Source of the DNA: an uncultured SAR86 cluster bacterium
Lineage (GTDB): Bacteria; Pseudomonadota; Gammaproteobacteria; Magnimaribacterales; D2472
Length of the DNA: 64,000 nucleotides
Reading direction: 5' to 3'
Assembly: GCA_964276235.1 (NCBI GenBank)
Contig: CAXYEK010000001.1
Location: 278,061-342,060, forward strand
The position numbers and the translations under genes were made by a program. This document shows positions 19,729-28,709 of the stretch, piece by piece. The notes below the pieces were generated by a model. It did no database searches, was not told where the DNA came from, and saw only the letters and a program-made list of their open reading frames with translations. Positions within the stretch are counted from its first letter, which is position 1; each line of letters begins with the position of its first letter.

Positions 19729-22455
19729 ATGAAAGACAGAATTTTTATAATTGACGGATCGTCATATTTATATCGTGCATATCATGCAATGCCTCCACTT
19801 ACGACATCTTCTGGTCAGCCTACTGGAGCAATTAAGGGAGTAACAAACATGTTAATGACTCTCAAAAAAGATAGCGAAGGCTCACCGATTGTTGTGATAT
19901 TTGATGCCAAAGGCAAAACTTTTAGAAATGACATTTATAAAGAATATAAGGCAAATAGACCACCAATGCCGGATGACCTTCGAGAACAACTAGTCCCATT
20001 AAAAGACATTTGTAGAGCAATAGGATTTCCTTTAATAGAAATAGAGGGTGTTGAAGCTGATGATGTTATTGCAACGGTTGTGAAAACAGCAAAGCAAAAA
20101 AAATATAAAACGGTTATTTCGTCACTTGATAAAGACTTGATGCAGTTAGTAGAAGACCCAGTTTCAACAATCATGAATACAATGACTCACCAAATTTTTA
20201 ATGAAGAAAAGGTATTTGAAAAATTTGGAGTTATGCCAAATCAAATAAGAGATATGCTAGCTTTGGTTGGAGATACTTCAGACAACATTCCTGGTGTTCC
20301 AAAAGTAGGTCAAAAGACTGCAGCAAAATGGTTGAATGAATATGGAAATCTCGAAGGAGTTAAATCTAATGCTGATTCTATAAAAGGTGTTGTTGGCGAA
20401 AATCTAAGAAGCTCACTTGATGATTTAGATAGAAATGTTGAGCTTGTATCTTTAAAAGAAGATGTAGAAATTGGTGTTAGTTTTGAGAGTCTTCTTGAGC
20501 TTAACGGAGATGAAGAAAAATTAGCTGAAATTTTTTCTGAGCTTGAATTTAAGCCTATGAAAGGCAGTACCAAAAAGCCCCAAACTAATGATGAAAATAA
20601 AAATTTAAATCAGAATGCAGAGAAGCCTACTGAAACAAAAAAAATAGACAGCAATTATGAGACTATTCTGACACAAAAAGATATGAAGATATGGGCAAAA
20701 AAACTAGATGACTGTAAGGTTTTTGCAATTGATACAGAGACCGACTCTCTTGATACTGTAACAGCTAACTTAGTTGGGATATCTCTTTCTGATAAAGAAG
20801 GAGAGGGTTGCTATTTGCCTATTGGGCATCAATACGAAGGCTGTCCCAAACAATTAGATCTCAAATCAGTTGTTGATATTATTGGTTCTTCAGTAGAAAA
20901 AAATAGACACAAGGCTGTAGGCCAAAATCTTAAATTTGATATCCCAATTCTTTCGAGGCATGGCATTGCTCTTGATAGTTTTCATGGCGATACCATGTTG
21001 ATGTCATATGTTTTAAATAGTACAGCCACAAGGCATGGAATGGATAAGTTGGCCATGTATTACCTAAATTATGAAACTATTAAATATAGTGATGTCACCG
21101 GAACAGCATCTAAGCAAATTAATTTCTCAGCCGTAGAGATTGATGTTGCATCTCATTATGCTGCTGAGGATGCAGATATTACTTTAAGACTTTTCAATAA
21201 ACTAGATTCACTGTTAGTAGAAAAGCCGATACAAAAAAAACTTTTACAAGATATAGAGTATCCACTAGTTCATGTTCTTTCGCGCGTTGAGCAAAATGGT
21301 GCAAAGATAGATAAAAATAAACTTTCAGATCATTCAATAGAACTTTCTGAAAAGATAGAAAAGCTATCAAGTGAAGCATTTAAAATAGCTGGAGAAGAAT
21401 TTAATTTAGATTCACCCAAACAACTCCTAGAAGTTTTATATGAAAAATTAAAACTACCTATTTTAAAGAAAACTCCAAAAGGACAACCTTCAACAAATGA
21501 AGAAACCCTCCAAAGGCTATCAGAGGAATACGAACTCCCAAAAATAATTCTTCAATACAGGACCCTAGCAAAGTTAAAATCTACCTATACTGATAGTTTA
21601 ATAAGAATAGAAAACCCTAAAACTGAAAGAATTCATACTTCATACCAGCAAGCAGTAACTTCTACGGGAAGGCTTTCATCAACCGAGCCGAATCTTCAAA
21701 ATATACCTATTAAGACTGCCGAAGGTAGAAGAATAAGAGAGGCTTTTGTTCCTGATACAGGCAATATCCTTATCTCAGCTGATTACTCACAAATAGAGTT
21801 AAGAATTATGGCTCATCTTTCTAAAGACAAAAATTTAACGCATGCTTTTAATAATAATCTAGATGTTCATTCAGCTACTGCGGCAGAAGTCTTTGGGGTA
21901 AGTCTAGATGATGTTACCCAAGATCACAGAAGAAGTGCTAAGGCGATTAATTTTGGACTCATGTATGGAATGTCCGCATTTGGCCTTACAAGGCAATTAG
22001 ACATTCCAAGAGCAGAGGCGCAAAAATACCTTGATACTTATTTTGAAAGATACACAGGTGTTAAAGATTATATGGAAAATATCAAGGCTCAAGCAAAAGA
22101 AGATATGTATGTTGAGACCATTATGGGCAGAAGACTTTATCTAAATGAAATCAATGCTGCTAATGGATTAAGAAGACAGGCTGCAGAAAGAGCTGCAATT
22201 AATGCACCTCTTCAAGGTTCGGCTGCAGATATAATCAAAAAGGCCATGATAGACATAGACGCATTTTTAAATGAAGAGATGCCTGAGGTAAAAATGATCA
22301 TGCAAGTTCATGATGAATTAATATTTGAAACACCCAAGAAGAATGCTGAAGAGGTAATGTCAACTATGAAAGATATGATGGAAAAAGCAGTTAAGTTAGA
22401 TATCCCACTGATAGCCGAGGCAGCCATAGGAGCCAATTGGAATGAAGCTCACTAA
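19729..22455 (+). CDS. polA: DNA polymerase I
   Basis: 908 aa with a 5'-nuclease domain, 3'-5' exonuclease domain (DTETDSL) and pol domain (DYSQIELRI, QVHDEL). Confidence 0.97.
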   Translation: MKDRIFIIDGSSYLYRAYHAMPPLTTSSGQPTGAIKGVTNMLMTLKKDSEGSPIVVIFDAKGKTFRNDIYKEYKANRPPMPDDLREQLVPLKDICRAIGFPLIEIEGVEADDVIATVVKTAKQKKYKTVISSLDKDLMQLVEDPVSTIMNTMTHQIFNEEKVFEKFGVMPNQIRDMLALVGDTSDNIPGVPKVGQKTAAKWLNEYGNLEGVKSNADSIKGVVGENLRSSLDDLDRNVELVSLKEDVEIGVSFESLLELNGDEEKLAEIFSELEFKPMKGSTKKPQTNDENKNLNQNAEKPTETKKIDSNYETILTQKDMKIWAKKLDDCKVFAIDTETDSLDTVTANLVGISLSDKEGEGCYLPIGHQYEGCPKQLDLKSVVDIIGSSVEKNRHKAVGQNLKFDIPILSRHGIALDSFHGDTMLMSYVLNSTATRHGMDKLAMYYLNYETIKYSDVTGTASKQINFSAVEIDVASHYAAEDADITLRLFNKLDSLLVEKPIQKKLLQDIEYPLVHVLSRVEQNGAKIDKNKLSDHSIELSEKIEKLSSEAFKIAGEEFNLDSPKQLLEVLYEKLKLPILKKTPKGQPSTNEETLQRLSEEYELPKIILQYRTLAKLKSTYTDSLIRIENPKTERIHTSYQQAVTSTGRLSSTEPNLQNIPIKTAEGRRIREAFVPDTGNILISADYSQIELRIMAHLSKDKNLTHAFNNNLDVHSATAAEVFGVSLDDVTQDHRRSAKAINFGLMYGMSAFGLTRQLDIPRAEAQKYLDTYFERYTGVKDYMENIKAQAKEDMYVETIMGRRLYLNEINAANGLRRQAAERAAINAPLQGSAADIIKKAMIDIDAFLNEEMPEVKMIMQVHDELIFETPKKNAEEVMSTMKDMMEKAVKLDIPLIAEAAIGANWNEAH

Positions 22456-22973
22456 TTATTTATAGAGCCTGACCACTTTGTTGGTAAATAATTCATTTCC
22501 TCATCAAGAAGAATTTTTATTCCATGAGCTTTTCTTAAATCAGATATTTTCATATTCATATATTCGTCTGGCATTTTAAAGGGCCATTTCTTCTTCATCT
22601 TAAAAGTTCTGAAGATTACATTCCTTTTAATTGCTCCAAGTTTCCAATAAAGCTTTACAAAACCCATGAACCCAAATTCTTTAAATAATCTTTTTTGAAG
22701 TTCTGTTATCTGTGGTAGTTTTGAATATCCTAATAAATACTTCCATTTAAATTTACTACCCCATAATACCCAGGTATCTAGAATAGCTTCTTGTTCAATA
22801 GATATATCTAAACCAAAAATAACATGTGTAGAATCATGGTCCCTTAGTAAGGTGCCTGATTTTTCATTATCTTTGAACACTTCTTTAGAATCTGGAAAAG
22901 AATTGTAATAACAATCTAAACCTTGGGCTAAGGTGAGTTCGCAGTCTTGTTTTTGATATTCAAGCATTAACAA
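22452..22973 (-). CDS. Coq4-family-like protein (HDxxH-x11-E motif)
   Basis: RDHDSTHVIFGLDISIEQEAILDTW aligns by eye with the eukaryotic COQ4 core [26 protein letters not shown], recalled from memory. The spacing HDxxH-11-E is exact. Confidence 0.5.
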   Translation of the reverse strand: MLMLEYQKQDCELTLAQGLDCYYNSFPDSKEVFKDNEKSGTLLRDHDSTHVIFGLDISIEQEAILDTWVLWGSKFKWKYLLGYSKLPQITELQKRLFKEFGFMGFVKLYWKLGAIKRNVIFRTFKMKKKWPFKMPDEYMNMKISDLRKAHGIKILLDEEMNYLPTKWSGSINN

Positions 22974-23545
22974 AATTCTAATATAGCCCTTGCAAGCTTG
23001 TCAAAACCAACAATATCCTTTGAAGAAACAGCTACAGCTTCACAATCTTGCATTTGCCTATTAACAGCTGCAATAGCTTTAGCCTTTTGATTATTAGATA
23101 GCTTATCGCTCTTAGTTAAGACAGGAATAAAAGCAACATCAGAACTATTACATAAATCAATCATGTCTCTGTCGCTATCCTTAAGTGGGTGCCTAATGTC
23201 CATAAAAATCAGAACAGCTTTAAAAGATTGTCGTTTTGCAAAATATTCCTCCAAAAGAGGCGCCCAATCCTTTCTTTTATGAAAGCTAGATTTAGCAAAC
23301 CCATATCCAGGCAAGTCTACAAATTTTAAAGATTCGTTAACTCTAAAGTAGTTTATTTCTGTTGTTCTCCCTGGAGTCTTACTTATTCGAGCAAGTTTAG
23401 GGTTTTCAGTCATCGCATTTAAGGCACTTGATTTGCCTGCATTAGATCTTCCAGCCAATAAAATTTCTACACCTTCATCCTCAGGAAGGTTCTTAAACTT
23501 GGTCACTCCAAGCATAAATTCGGATTCTTTAAAAAGGTTTTTCAT
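22967..23545 (-). CDS. engB: Ribosome biogenesis GTPase YihA/EngB
   Basis: GRSNAGKSS P-loop, DLPGYG, TKSDK. Confidence 0.9.
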   Translation of the reverse strand: MKNLFKESEFMLGVTKFKNLPEDEGVEILLAGRSNAGKSSALNAMTENPKLARISKTPGRTTEINYFRVNESLKFVDLPGYGFAKSSFHKRKDWAPLLEEYFAKRQSFKAVLIFMDIRHPLKDSDRDMIDLCNSSDVAFIPVLTKSDKLSNNQKAKAIAAVNRQMQDCEAVAVSSKDIVGFDKLARAILEFC

Positions 23546-23611
23546 TTAATCGTTTATATCATACCAACCTATGTTTATAATACACATCACTAAGACACAC
23601 TTAATAAATTT

Positions 23612-24277
23612 ATGAAATCATTTTTGGTATTCATTGCATCATTTAGCTTAATATTTTCTATTAATGCTGCTGAAAAATCTGCAGGCGCAGAAGACATGCC
23701 TCAAGGCTTTATATCCGGCGATGCAACAAAGGGCTCTGCCTTGGTTGGTGTGTGTGCGTCATGTCACGGTGTTGATGGAAATAGTATCAGCTCAGATTGG
23801 CCAAAGCTAGCAGGACAAAATCAAAGATATCTTTATGAACAACTTCAATATTTTAAAGATGGTGAAAGAAATAATGCATTAATGATGTCAGTCATCCCAT
23901 ATCTTCAGGCACTGCAAGATAGTGATATATTAGATATAGCAGCCTTTTATGAGTCTTTAGAAATGTCTGGTGGTCAAGCAAGAAATGATGAGGAGCTTTT
24001 AGAATTAGGTGCAACTTTATACAGATTTGGAAATATGAAAAAAGGTATTCCAGCATGCACTGCATGCCATTCAGTTTATGGTCAAGGAAATAGCTTAGCT
24101 GGATATCCAGCTATTGCAGGACAGCAAGTTGGGTATTTAACTTCAACCCTCAAAGCTTACAGATCAAAAGAAAGAAATTCGGGTGAGCAGGCGCTTGTTA
24201 TGCAATCGATAGCTCAAAATTTAAGCGACCAGGAAATAGACGCCCTGGCTAACTATATGCATGGACTCTACAAATGA
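23612..24277 (+). CDS. cc4: Diheme cytochrome c4
   Basis: Signal peptide and two CxxCH motifs (CASCHG, CTACHS). The engB | cc4-dsbA synteny matches Pseudomonas. Confidence 0.9.
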   Translation: MKSFLVFIASFSLIFSINAAEKSAGAEDMPQGFISGDATKGSALVGVCASCHGVDGNSISSDWPKLAGQNQRYLYEQLQYFKDGERNNALMMSVIPYLQALQDSDILDIAAFYESLEMSGGQARNDEELLELGATLYRFGNMKKGIPACTACHSVYGQGNSLAGYPAIAGQQVGYLTSTLKAYRSKERNSGEQALVMQSIAQNLSDQEIDALANYMHGLYK

Positions 24278-24898
24278 ATCATTTATTAAAAAACTTATCT
24301 AAACTTTTCTTAATTTGTTTTCTTTCAATATCAGTTAGCGCTGAGTATAAACTTGGAAGAGACTATAGACTTGTAGACAACCCACTCCCTAGTAACAAGA
24401 GATGGTGTTGTTGAGGTTACAGAGTCGTTTTGGTATGGATGCGCTCACTGTTATTCATTTGAACCTGCAATTAATAACTGGAAGTCTAAACTCTCTGATG
24501 ATGTTAAATTCTCAAAAATGCCAATAACTTGGGGTGCTATTCATCAGTTACATGCATCTCTTTATTACACTATAGAAGCTCTTAAGCTTGATCCATCTAC
24601 TCATTCAGCAGTATTTGTAACAATACATAAGGAAGGAAATTTTTTACAAAATCCAAAAGCAATCCAAAAGTTTCTTTCAAACTTTGGCGTTGCTCCTGAA
24701 GTAACAAGCTCCTATTTGAATTCTTTTGGTGTAAAACAAAAAGTTAATAAAGGAATTAAATACGCTAGACAGCTAAAAGTAGCCTCAGTTCCTATGGTAA
24801 TTGTTGACGGAACTTATGTTATTGAAAGTAAAAGATCATTTGAAGAAATGTTAAAGGTGGTTGATCACGTTATCGAACTCCAAAGACCAAATTCATAG
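24274..24898 (+). pseudogene. dsbA: Thiol:disulfide interchange protein DsbA, interrupted by a 1-nt frame disruption; active site is CAHC
   Basis: ATG 24274 (ATGA overlap with cc4) gives a signal peptide MNHLLKNLSKLFLICFLSISVSA...NPLPSNK and then stops at 24412-24414. The +1 frame from 24401 reads DGVVEVTESFWYGCAHCYSFEP and joins ORF 24518-24898. Confidence 0.75.
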
Positions 24899-24910
24899 GA
24901 ATCTGTAAAT

Positions 24911-25495
24911 ATGAAAATAAATCATTATTTGTTTGTTTTGCCACTATGTGCAGTTTTTTTATTTAATGGAAAAACTTATAACGATGCTGTTGCTGAAAGA
25001 ATAGGCCTTAAAGTAGATATATGTCTAGAGGGACAAGATTGTGGATCTGCAGCTGCAGCTTCTTCAATGGCCTCTAATGATATGCCAGTCAAAAAAGTTG
25101 AATTGTCAGAAGGCTCTGAACATATTGTCAAAATGCTTAATTCTGGTGATGGTGGGAATATGATTTTTGAACCAGCTGTTATAAAAGTATCCAAGGGAGA
25201 TACTATTCACTTTAAAGCAGTAGATATGGCTCATAACTCTGCGACTATGAACGGCATGATCCCGGCAGGGGCTAAAGAATGGTCTAGTGAATTAAACAAA
25301 GACTTTAGTATTGCTTTAGATGCCGAAGGAGTTTACGTATATCAGTGTGATCCTCACGCAATGATGGCGATGATTGGAGTTATTCAAGTAGGCGAAGCAA
25401 TTAATTTAGATGAAGTGAAAGCCGAAGCTAATAAACAAAAATCAATGTTTGTGATGAATGGCAATAGAATAGACGAATATTTATCGCAACTTTAG
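24911..25495 (+). CDS. Pseudoazurin (type 1 blue copper protein) with an N-terminal extension
   Basis: EHIVKMLNSG...FEPAVIKV..GDTIHF...HNS...GVYVYQCDPHAMMAMIGVIQVG matches pseudoazurin, including the His/Cys/His/Met Cu ligands. Confidence 0.75.
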   Translation: MKINHYLFVLPLCAVFLFNGKTYNDAVAERIGLKVDICLEGQDCGSAAAASSMASNDMPVKKVELSEGSEHIVKMLNSGDGGNMIFEPAVIKVSKGDTIHFKAVDMAHNSATMNGMIPAGAKEWSSELNKDFSIALDAEGVYVYQCDPHAMMAMIGVIQVGEAINLDEVKAEANKQKSMFVMNGNRIDEYLSQL

Positions 25496-25728
25496 TTTTT
25501 TTCTAGAACAGCAATTCTTTCTTCAAGCTTTTGGGCTATAGCATTTAATGAATCGTATTTAGATTTCTTAACGTAGCCACTTTTCTCAATAATTTTATCT
25601 AAATCAGGCGCCACTTTTTTTTCTATACTTCTTAAAAGATCAATAGGGATTAGTTTGTTAATATTTTTAAGCTCTTTTTCAAGAATATTAAAAATAGCTT
25701 TAGAAACTTCATTTTGACTCATATTCAT
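25492..25728 (-). CDS. ubiK: UbiK/YqiC-family (BMFP) coiled-coil accessory protein
   Basis: 78 aa. The C-terminal SKYDSLNAIAQKLEERIAVLE parallels E. coli UbiK [28 protein letters not shown], recalled from memory. Confidence 0.55.
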   Translation of the reverse strand: MNMSQNEVSKAIFNILEKELKNINKLIPIDLLRSIEKKVAPDLDKIIEKSGYVKKSKYDSLNAIAQKLEERIAVLEKN

Positions 25729-26419
25729 CCTCGATTAAATGTAAAAAATTTTTCCAATCACAAAATTGTTTTGGTTCTGGAATATCAAGATTCCACTCCT
25801 CATTTCTCCTATTAAACCATAATGTATTGATTCCAAGCATATGTGCTCCATAGACATCATTGGTTTGATCGTCTCCAATATGAAGAACTTCTTCATATGA
25901 AATATCCCCATAATTTTCTATGGCCTTACTGAAGTGTGGCTCATCTGGTTTATTGCTTTTTACGTCAAGAGAGCTGATAGAAAAATCAAAAAACTTTCCA
26001 ACTTCAAATTTATATATGTCAGCGTTCCCATTTGTTAGGACTCCCAAGTGATATTTAGAAGAAAGTTTATTAATTGAGTCGTATACATCATCATAAAAAA
26101 GCACTTCGTGACGCTTCGCCATAAAAATTTTATAAGATTCTGAAATTATTTGTTCTCTTTTAGAATCATCTAAAATAATATCCTTAAGTTTTTTTTCATA
26201 GATTTTTTTTCTGAGAAGGCTGATATCCCATTCAAGAGAAGCATCGTCTTCAATAAGTTCTTTTCTATATCCTAAAAAATCACTCATAGAGCCCCAATCA
26301 ATTTCCCCTACTTGGTTATGAATCCATTCCCTAGTTTCTTTTTCAGCTTTAATAATTACTGGTTTGATATCCCAAAATGTGTCATCTAGATCAAAGGTTA
26401 TTAATTTTATATTTTTCAT
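25709..26419 (-). CDS. HAD-IA family hydrolase (YigB-like)
   Basis: FDLDDT motif I and GDD motif. Its position after xerC matches the E. coli dapF-yigA-xerC-yigB operon. Confidence 0.75.
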   Translation of the reverse strand: MKNIKLITFDLDDTFWDIKPVIIKAEKETREWIHNQVGEIDWGSMSDFLGYRKELIEDDASLEWDISLLRKKIYEKKLKDIILDDSKREQIISESYKIFMAKRHEVLFYDDVYDSINKLSSKYHLGVLTNGNADIYKFEVGKFFDFSISSLDVKSNKPDEPHFSKAIENYGDISYEEVLHIGDDQTNDVYGAHMLGINTLWFNRRNEEWNLDIPEPKQFCDWKNFLHLIEDEYESK

Positions 26420-27312
26420 TTCTTTGCTCTTGGATGTGCCTTGTCATATATTTTTACCAGATGTTGATAGTCAAGTTTTGTATATATCTGAGTGGTAGAA
26501 AGTGAGCTATGGCCTAATAACTCTTGTATGGTTCTGAGGTCGCCACTTGATTCGAGCATATGTGTTGCAAAACTATGTCTTAACATATGAGGGTGAACAG
26601 GAGGAAGTCCTTGCTTGGTTGCTAGTCTTTTTAATCGAAGTTGAATACTTCTAACAGATAGTCTTGAGCCTTTTAAATTTATAAAGAGCGCTGAAGATTC
26701 TTCAGAATATTTAGATCGCTCTTCTACCCAATTATTAATAGCATTTACTGCGTATCTTCCCAATGGCACTAGCCTGGTTTTTGATCCTTTACCCAGAACT
26801 CTTAAGAACGTCATTTCCTCTTCAAAATCATCTAAATTAATATTTGCTGTCTCTGAAACTCGAAGGCCTGAAGAATACATGAGCTCAACAATTGCAAGAT
26901 CTCGAATTTCCAAAGCATCACAAGGCTTAAAATTTAATAATTGCTCAACATCTTCTGGTGAAAGCACATCAGGGAGATGGCTAGGAGTTTTTGGAGCATT
27001 TATAAGCTCAAAGGGAGAAGTGTCAATAAGGTAATTTTTCTTTAAAAACTTAAAAAATCCCTTAGCTGATGAAAGATGCCTTTGTATACTTCTGGGATTA
27101 TTATTAGAAGCATAAAGGCTGCCAATCCATCCTGTGCAAGTTTCATCTGAAATGTTTGAGTAAGAAGAAATCTTTAATGATTCTAAAAAAGTGGATAATT
27201 TAATAAGGTCCCTCTTATATGATCTAGCTGTGTTAGCTGAAAGGTTCCTAACTTCAAATATATAATCTGTATAAAGATTTATGTCTTTTAAGACAAAGTA
27301 TTCTTTAGACAT
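26416..27312 (-). CDS. xerC: Tyrosine recombinase XerC (chromosome dimer resolution)
   Basis: R..HMLRHSFATH..LGHSSLSTTQIYT catalytic R-H-R-Y set, in dapF-yigA-xerC synteny. Confidence 0.9.
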   Translation of the reverse strand: MSKEYFVLKDINLYTDYIFEVRNLSANTARSYKRDLIKLSTFLESLKISSYSNISDETCTGWIGSLYASNNNPRSIQRHLSSAKGFFKFLKKNYLIDTSPFELINAPKTPSHLPDVLSPEDVEQLLNFKPCDALEIRDLAIVELMYSSGLRVSETANINLDDFEEEMTFLRVLGKGSKTRLVPLGRYAVNAINNWVEERSKYSEESSALFINLKGSRLSVRSIQLRLKRLATKQGLPPVHPHMLRHSFATHMLESSGDLRTIQELLGHSSLSTTQIYTKLDYQHLVKIYDKAHPRAKK

Positions 27313-27934
27313 TAAAAGATATGAATTTCTTTTCTAATACATCCCTAACGTATTCAATAAAAGTAGTATCTTCATCACCTAAATATTTAGTTCTTTCATA
27401 ACTACCCAACTTCAGTAGCCCAATATCCTTCCCAACAATCATTACAGCAACCGCCATTGATTCTACCTTTTCGTCATCAAATAAGAATTTCATTTTCTCT
27501 TTAGAGAATGAACCACAATGAATAGCTCCTTTATGAAAGGACATCTCTGTTTTACTTTCAACTTCATTCATCTGATTACCATCAAGTAATTCTAAAATAC
27601 AATTGTCTACATTAAAATTTTTCTTGAAATCTTCTTGTACTTTTTTGATGACTTCCTCTCCTGTTGAGGACTCTAAGATAGATAAAGTTAAATCTTTAGA
27701 TTTATTAAAAAGGTCTTCATTGAGAGTTGCTGTCTTTATGAAAGATGACAATAAATCCATTAAGTTTTTCTGTTCATCTCTAAGCTTTATAATCTGACGT
27801 TCAAGCAAAGATGAAGCAGAGCTAGAAGAGTGCTTAAATTTTAGCTCGCTAACAAGTGACTCTCTAGATTCAAAAAAATCTAAGTTATCTAGAAGAAATA
27901 ACTCAACTTCTTTAGGGTCTATTTTATTATTCAT
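27305..27934 (-). CDS. yigA: DUF484 family protein (YigA)
   Basis: N-terminal VELFLLDNLDFF..SLLERQIIKLRDE is typical of DUF484. Located between dapF and xerC. Confidence 0.7.
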   Translation of the reverse strand: MNNKIDPKEVELFLLDNLDFFESRESLVSELKFKHSSSSASSLLERQIIKLRDEQKNLMDLLSSFIKTATLNEDLFNKSKDLTLSILESSTGEEVIKKVQEDFKKNFNVDNCILELLDGNQMNEVESKTEMSFHKGAIHCGSFSKEKMKFLFDDEKVESMAVAVMIVGKDIGLLKLGSYERTKYLGDEDTTFIEYVRDVLEKKFISFNV

Positions 27935-28709
27935 TTATGTCCCCAGAATATACGAAGGCAGTTGGCCCTGTCATTAAAATACTTTCATTAGATTTTACAA
28001 AGTTTAGTTCACCACCAAAAGACCTAATTCTAAGTTTGCCAATCTTTCCCTTAAGTAAAAGTGATGAGACTGATAAAGATGCCGATCCACAAGAAAGAGT
28101 TTCGCCAACACCGTTTTCATATGTCCTTATTTCTGCAACCCCCTTAACATTTTTATAAATAGATAAATTAATGCCAAAAGGTTTAATGTTTTTTTCTAAC
28201 TTTTTATACAGAGCCGATAAGTCATCCTTTGATATAGAATTTTTCTTAATACAAAGGTGTATGTTTCCAACATCAACAAGATCAAATGGCAGCCCGTTCA
28301 ATTTTTTAGATATAGATTTTGAAAGATTCACATTTTGATATATCTTTGGACAAGGAACCGTAACCTTAACTTGATTCTTAAAAGGTTCACATAATAGCTC
28401 GATCTTTTTAGTCTGAAATTTTAAAGATTTTTTTGGGGCAAGACTATGAGACCATATATAAGATGCTGCACATCTTACTCCATTAAGACACATATTTGCT
28501 TGGCCGCCATCAGCATTATAAAATTTAACAAAGAAATCTAAATCAGGTTTTGTTGGCAGGTCTATAAGGATAAGTTGATCAAACCCAACCCCCGTATTTC
28601 GGTCTGCTAGTTTTCTTATAAAGATTTTTTTTGGAACGAAATCATCTCTGATAGAATCCATTACTACAAAATCATTGCCATTCCCATGCATCTTGTCGAA
28701 CTTAATCAT
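27927..28709 (-). CDS. dapF: Diaminopimelate epimerase
   Basis: MHGNGNDF N-terminus and two catalytic-Cys regions (NGVRC, SCGSAS). Confidence 0.85.
   Translation of the reverse strand: MIKFDKMHGNGNDFVVMDSIRDDFVPKKIFIRKLADRNTGVGFDQLILIDLPTKPDLDFFVKFYNADGGQANMCLNGVRCAASYIWSHSLAPKKSLKFQTKKIELLCEPFKNQVKVTVPCPKIYQNVNLSKSISKKLNGLPFDLVDVGNIHLCIKKNSISKDDLSALYKKLEKNIKPFGINLSIYKNVKGVAEIRTYENGVGETLSCGSASLSVSSLLLKGKIGKLRIRSFGGELNFVKSNESILMTGPTAFVYSGDINE

Noticed and set aside
26416-27312. A tyrosine recombinase as a possible marker of an integrated mobile element
   Set aside because: It sits in the conserved dapF-yigA-xerC-yigB housekeeping operon with no flanking phage or IS genes, repeats or tRNA target. 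It is chromosomal XerC.
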